Positions 63,640 through 64,000 of a stretch of DNA of 64,000 bases are shown here, piece by piece. Positions within the stretch are counted from its first letter, which is position 1. Every line of letters starts with the position of its first letter. The translations under genes were made by a program, and so were the position numbers. Source of the DNA: Mustelus asterias (Eukaryota); the NCBI RefSeq assembly GCF_964213995.1, contig NC_135812.1, forward strand, positions 79,608,001 through 79,672,000. The letters are read 5' to 3'. The notes beneath the pieces are model-generated. The model saw nothing but the letters and a program-made list of their open reading frames with translations, made no database searches and was not told the origin of the DNA.

Positions 63640-63987
63640 ATAGAAAGAATCATAGAAACCCCACAGTGCAGAAAGCAGCCATCTGGCCCATCGAGTCTGC
63701 ACCGACCACAATCCCACCCAGGCCCTACCCCCTTATCCCTAAACATTTACCTGCTAATCGCTTTAACCTATGCATCTCAGGACACTAAGGGGCAATTTTA
63801 GCATGGCCAATCCACCTAACCCGCACATCTTTAGACTGTGGGAGGAAACCGGAGCACCCGGAGGAAACCCACACAGACACGAGGAGAATGTGCAAACTCC
63901 ACACAGACAGTGACCCAAGCCGGGAATCGAACCCCAGGTCCCTGGAGCTGTGAAGCAGCAGTGCTAACCACTGTGCTACCGTGCCGC
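63640..63987 (-). mobile_element. HE1-type SINE
   Basis: Full-length copy. Confidence 0.92.
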
Positions 63988-64000
63988 CTGATTTTGCGAG

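Overview
Repeat-dense vertebrate DNA, almost certainly from a cartilaginous fish (shark), judged from the many HE1-type tRNA SINEs and HER1/CR1 LINE fragments. Most of the window is nested transposable elements: CR1, Tx1, Penelope-like, Harbinger, hAT, solo LTRs and a deleted ERV. One host gene is supported: a four-exon CD7-like Ig-superfamily receptor on the + strand (about 26506-35018, 224 aa). It has a V domain with GIYLR and a germline J-like FGQGT, a Cys-rich stalk, a TM segment and a cytoplasmic YEDM motif. The most unusual signal is a ~310-nt non-coding retroelement present three times (5284-5584 +, 26169-26342 -, 46992-47620 +). It starts with an exact copy of U2 snRNA nt 1-40, contains a second U2 stem-I copy, and folds into hairpins that show compensatory substitutions between copies. 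It ends in an A-rich tail, and two copies have clear target-site duplications. One copy is joined directly to the poly(A) of a Tx1 LINE. This looks like a shark U2-headed (SINEU-like) SINE with a Tx1 partner. All calls come from manual reading; no database search was run, and boundaries of degraded repeats are approximate.
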